A model generated the notes under the pieces. The model made no database searches. It was not told where the DNA came from and saw only the letters and a list, made by a program, of their open reading frames with translations. Both the position numbers and the translations under genes were made by a program. A DNA stretch of 64,000 nucleotides from an uncultured Acidobacteriota bacterium (GTDB lineage Bacteria; Acidobacteriota; UBA6911; RPQK01; JAPXNP01), in contig CAVZRV010000010.1 in assembly GCA_963777605.1 (NCBI GenBank), positions 539,849 to 603,848 of the forward strand, in the 5' to 3' direction. Positions 60,479-64,000 of this stretch are shown piece after piece; positions within the stretch are counted from its first letter, which is position 1; each line of letters opens with the position of its first letter.

Positions 60479-61490
60479 TCAGTTTGCTGCCGGATCGCGA
60501 CTCCAGCGGCCGTAATGGTGCACGGGCAGCGACGTCAGCACCCGGCCGGTCTGGAGAAGACCAATAGATACAATACCTTCGGACTCGGTTTCGACCTCGA
60601 GCACGCCCTGTAAGTCGCCCGAAGTGTCGAAGATTTCAGTAACGAACCGGGCCAACTGGGCACCCGCAGCCAGGTCAACAACCTTCTCCTGGACCTGGGC
60701 ACCGGTGGTATCGCGCAAGCGCAACCTGACTTTGGCGGGTTCGGCACCGGTGTTAACCACTGCAATTCCCGTGTTCACGCCGCTGGAGACCTGTACCGGA
60801 AGCAGCGTGGTCAAGAACTCTTCCGGTGAGTAGCGGGACGGGCGAACGGCAACCTGGGTCGCGACGTTCCCGGCATTATCGGTGATCGTGTAGTAGGCGG
60901 ATGCCATCAGGTGGCCACCCCGTTCCAGTTTCCTGCCGTCCATGTATCCCCAGTCGGACGCTGCAGTGCCCGAACTGCTCGACCGGTCATCGACTTCAAC
61001 CAGGATCCACCCGTTCGCCAGTGCGCCGTCCCGGGAGATTTCGAGGAACTGAACCTGGGAAGCACCCAACGAGAAGGAATACTCAGACGTGGAGGACGCC
61101 GTTGATGGTCACCTCCAGGGGGTCGCCGGTGTCGGAAAAGAAAGAGACTCGGCCAGCCGTTGTGCACTCGCCGGGGGACAGCCAAGAGAGCCGGAGGGGG
61201 TTCCCCAGGTTTGCCAGGATCAGCGTCGTCGTTACGTTGCTCCCCACGGCAAACTGCGGGAGAACGAGATTGCTGTTGATCGCGTGATCGCCCCAGCCGT
61301 AGCCGCCTTCGCCCTGGCTGCCGTCGCCAGGCTGGCCGCCCTGGTCGCTTCCGCCCTGGTCATTCCCGTTGACGGACCCGTTGGACCCACCCGGCATTCC
61401 CGGGCCGCCCGCACCCTGGCCCGCAACCGGAACCGCACCAAGCACAAAAACCAGCAAAAGCGTGATGAAGATGAAGTAAATTCTTCGCAT
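60479..61490 (-). CDS. Secreted protein with Gly/Gln-rich linker and beta-sandwich repeats (frameshift near 61093)
   Basis: Signal peptide MRRIYFIFITLLL and LVLPQFAVG..TTTLILAN. Removing one C at GGCGTCCTCCACG joins it to TSEYSFSLGA...NTGIAVVN. Confidence 0.7.
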
Positions 61491-61544
61491 TTTCAGCCTT
61501 TCTATCGCTTGTGCCGGGTTGCCAGTCATCACACTTCTCCCTTA

Positions 61545-61560
61545 AGCAACTTGCGGGCCA
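61545..61560 (-). promoter_or_regulatory. Sigma-54 (-24/-12) promoter candidate
   Basis: The minus strand reads TGGCCC-GCAAG-TTGCT (GG-N10-GC), about 55 nt upstream of ATG 61490. Confidence 0.5.
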
Positions 61561-61727
61561 AACCTGGCAGGCCCAATTTGCGGGCGATCGGTCAGTCTCG
61601 ACTCCACGGAGGAGGGTCAGTTCGACACAAGCCAGAGTCACGGTGTCCCACTTCGGGGGAGGAATACCGCTTCCGCCTGCTATGGTACGATCCGCCTGCC
61701 GAAACCGCGACAAAGCCGTCTGCCACG

Positions 61728-63137
61728 ATGAACATCTATCTCCTGACTCTGATTACCTACGGAATCGGGCTTCTTCTCCTGGGACTCTATCTTTCCCGCT
61801 CCGTCAACCGCTCACGGACCTTCTTCGTCGCCGATCGCCGGCTGGGTCCCGGCCTGATATTCGCTACCGTCCTGGCGGCAAACATCGGCGCCGGGTCTAC
61901 GGTAGGAGCGGCAGGCCTGGGCTACAGCCTGGGACTGTCCGCCTGGTGGTGGGTTGGGTCAGCGGGACTCGGCTCCCTGATTCTCGCCTTCACTGTCGGC
62001 CCGAAGATCCGCAGGCTCGCCGCCCGGCACGACTTCCTTACCGTTGGGGATTTTCTCGAACAGCGATACGGCGTCAGCGTGCGGGCTTCGATCGCTGTAA
62101 TCCTCTGGTTCGGAACGCTGGCCATTCTGGCCGGACAGCTGATCGCTTTTGCTCGGATCCTGGAGGTTGTGGCTGATTCCAGCAAGGCCACCGGGTGCCT
62201 GATTGGAGGAGTCGTCGTTCTCGGCTATTTCACGGCAGGTGGACTCAAAGGGACCGCCCGAATCAACCTGGTTCAACTCTGCGTCAAGGGAGTCGGATTC
62301 TTCCTCGCCATTCCCTACACGCTGGCTGCGGTCGGAGGCTGGTCCGGTCTCGAAGCCCGGTTGGCCCAAAATGGACACGGCGCCGATTTCGTTTCCATTA
62401 CCGGCTCGGGCTGGTCCCACGTGCTCCCCTACGTCATCCTTCTCGCCCCCTCTTTCATCGTCTCCCCGGGGCTTCTTCAAAAGGTCTACGGAGCCCGAGA
62501 CGACCGGGCGGTTCGGGTCGGAGTCGGGGCCAACAGCTTAGCGCTCTTCCTGTTTTCCTTTATTCCGGTGGGCCTGGGTATGGCCGCAGCGGCCCTCTAT
62601 CCCCAGCTGAAGGCCGGGGAACTCGCCCTGCCCACGGTCATCACGCTCGTTCTGCCGACCTGGCTGGGAGCCCTCCTGCTCGCGTCGGTCTTCTCGGCGG
62701 AGATCAGTTCCGCGGATGCCATCCTCTTCATGCTCTCCACTTCCCTGACCCGCGATCTCTATCAACGCTTCTTTCGACCCGATCTTGACGATAGCCAGGT
62801 CCTGCGAGCCGGCAGGATTCTGGCCGTCGTCTCGGGACTGGCCGGGATCGCCGTGGCGATGCTGCTGGAGAGCGTGATCGACGCACTTTCCATTTTTTAC
62901 AGCCTCCTCTCGGCATCGCTGTTCGTGCCGGTTCTCTTCGGACTCTACCGGGCAACCCCCGGCGTCAAGACCTGCCTGTTGGCTATCATCGCCTCGATCG
63001 CCGCGACACTGGCGACTTCCCTGGCGACCGGAGGAACCGGCTGGGGACCGCTCTCGCCGACGGCTATCGGGATAGTCGTCTCCGCCGTTCTCTTCCTGGC
63101 TGCCCTCCGTCGCGGTGGAGATATCCGAATGGAGTAG
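61728..63137 (+). CDS. Sodium:solute symporter family permease
   Basis: FFVADRRLG, AANIGAGSTVGAAGLGY, LLQKVYGARD and AEISSADA. Confidence 0.9.
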   Translation: MNIYLLTLITYGIGLLLLGLYLSRSVNRSRTFFVADRRLGPGLIFATVLAANIGAGSTVGAAGLGYSLGLSAWWWVGSAGLGSLILAFTVGPKIRRLAARHDFLTVGDFLEQRYGVSVRASIAVILWFGTLAILAGQLIAFARILEVVADSSKATGCLIGGVVVLGYFTAGGLKGTARINLVQLCVKGVGFFLAIPYTLAAVGGWSGLEARLAQNGHGADFVSITGSGWSHVLPYVILLAPSFIVSPGLLQKVYGARDDRAVRVGVGANSLALFLFSFIPVGLGMAAAALYPQLKAGELALPTVITLVLPTWLGALLLASVFSAEISSADAILFMLSTSLTRDLYQRFFRPDLDDSQVLRAGRILAVVSGLAGIAVAMLLESVIDALSIFYSLLSASLFVPVLFGLYRATPGVKTCLLAIIASIAATLATSLATGGTGWGPLSPTAIGIVVSAVLFLAALRRGGDIRME

Positions 63138-63185
63138 AATCGATCTCGTCGCGGCTCGAAACTTCGATGCCGGGGGAAACGGACG

Positions 63186-63959
63186 ATGATTCCAACCTTG
63201 CTCCTTTGGACGCTGGTCATGGCGTCGGCATTGCAGCCTGCCGAATCAGAACTCTCCCGGCTGCTTCCCCAGAACCAGAAGGCCCCGGGGAAGAGTCAAC
63301 TCCTGTTCGCCGAGAATGCCAACCGTTCCCGGTTTGTCTACACCGGCACGGACGGAGTAATCGAGTACTGCCTCCAACCCGGAAAGGACTTTTGGGGAGC
63401 CGCGATCGTCAAGGTCAACCGCATCCCGGTGGCTACCATCCTGGACGGCGCCGCCCCCCGCTTCGACTCGCCCATCGAAGCCGTTCGGTTCCTTGGACGA
63501 TGGGCTGAGGGAGACACTCTCCATGCTGAATGGGCGGTTCGGCTCGTCGGGCGCGAGCACCAGGTGGAAGGCACCCTGCAACTCATCGGCGAATCGATGG
63601 TGGTGGGCTACGCTTCGCCGACCGCCCCCCTTCTCGGGGTGTCGTTCGGCCCCACCCAGAGCATGGCCGGCATGGAAGCTCGACTTGAATCATCACAACC
63701 GGGCACCCGCTGTTCAGCACAACTCGTGATTCTGACCGGCATCAAGACGCTCTATGTCTCCATCATTCCGGGTTCAGGGACCGAGTGGAACTGGAAGTCC
63801 GGATCATCAAGATCGGGTGTCGAAAAATCGGCCGATTCCACACTCGCCGCGATTCGCACGGATGACGCCCAACCACGGACCAGCATTCGCTTTTTCCTCA
63901 CCTTGTCACCGGCAAAGGAGAAGGTTCTACCCCCTCGATGCCAGCCCGATACGAACTGA
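63186..63959 (+). CDS. Hypothetical secreted protein
   Basis: 257-aa ORF with signal-peptide-like N-terminus; no family recognised. Confidence 0.55.
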   Translation: MIPTLLLWTLVMASALQPAESELSRLLPQNQKAPGKSQLLFAENANRSRFVYTGTDGVIEYCLQPGKDFWGAAIVKVNRIPVATILDGAAPRFDSPIEAVRFLGRWAEGDTLHAEWAVRLVGREHQVEGTLQLIGESMVVGYASPTAPLLGVSFGPTQSMAGMEARLESSQPGTRCSAQLVILTGIKTLYVSIIPGSGTEWNWKSGSSRSGVEKSADSTLAAIRTDDAQPRTSIRFFLTLSPAKEKVLPPRCQPDTN

Positions 63960-64000
63960 CTCCGCCCTGGGGGCGGCGGCGCTTCGGGAGGAGCTTACGA

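Noticed and set aside
61089-61727. N-terminal 213-aa extension of the SSS ORF 61089-63137
   Set aside because: It overlaps the minus-strand secreted protein gene; SSS homology starts at ATG 61728.
1-64000. CRISPR array, prophage, transposase or defence system
   Set aside because: No regularly spaced direct repeats, and no cas, phage, integrase or transposase motifs were recognised.

Overview
GC-rich bacterial chromosome segment. The gene content suggests an Acidobacteriota-like, facultatively or strictly anaerobic organism; this is inference only. It holds about 50 CDS and one tRNA-Glu(TTC). Main content: sugar and sugar-acid catabolism (UxaE, LarA, four TIM-barrel isomerase/epimerases of which three have Tat signals, Gfo/Idh/MocA, ROK, two SSS transporters); sulfur and C1 metabolism (MddA, CoA-disulfide reductase-rhodanese, sulfite-oxidase family, Fhs, B12 reactivation domain, MtaA/UroD family); an ECF sigma plus Ser/Thr kinase-WD40 pair; a MacA-like adaptor with two permeases; lepA, hemW and a Lon-like protease. 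Two signals stand out that the ORF track misses. (1) A stand-alone PrdB/GrdB-like selenoprotein at 25424-26170, with an in-frame TGA in a UxxC motif followed by a SECIS-like hairpin; it is divergent from a UshA-like CxC protein. (2) A ~325-bp hairpin-rich non-coding element in two inverted copies (31138-31462 and 56545-56868), several of whose differences fall in loops or make G-U pairs on the same strand. At least six genes carry apparent small indels, probably long-read assembly errors. No CRISPR array, integrase or transposase was seen.
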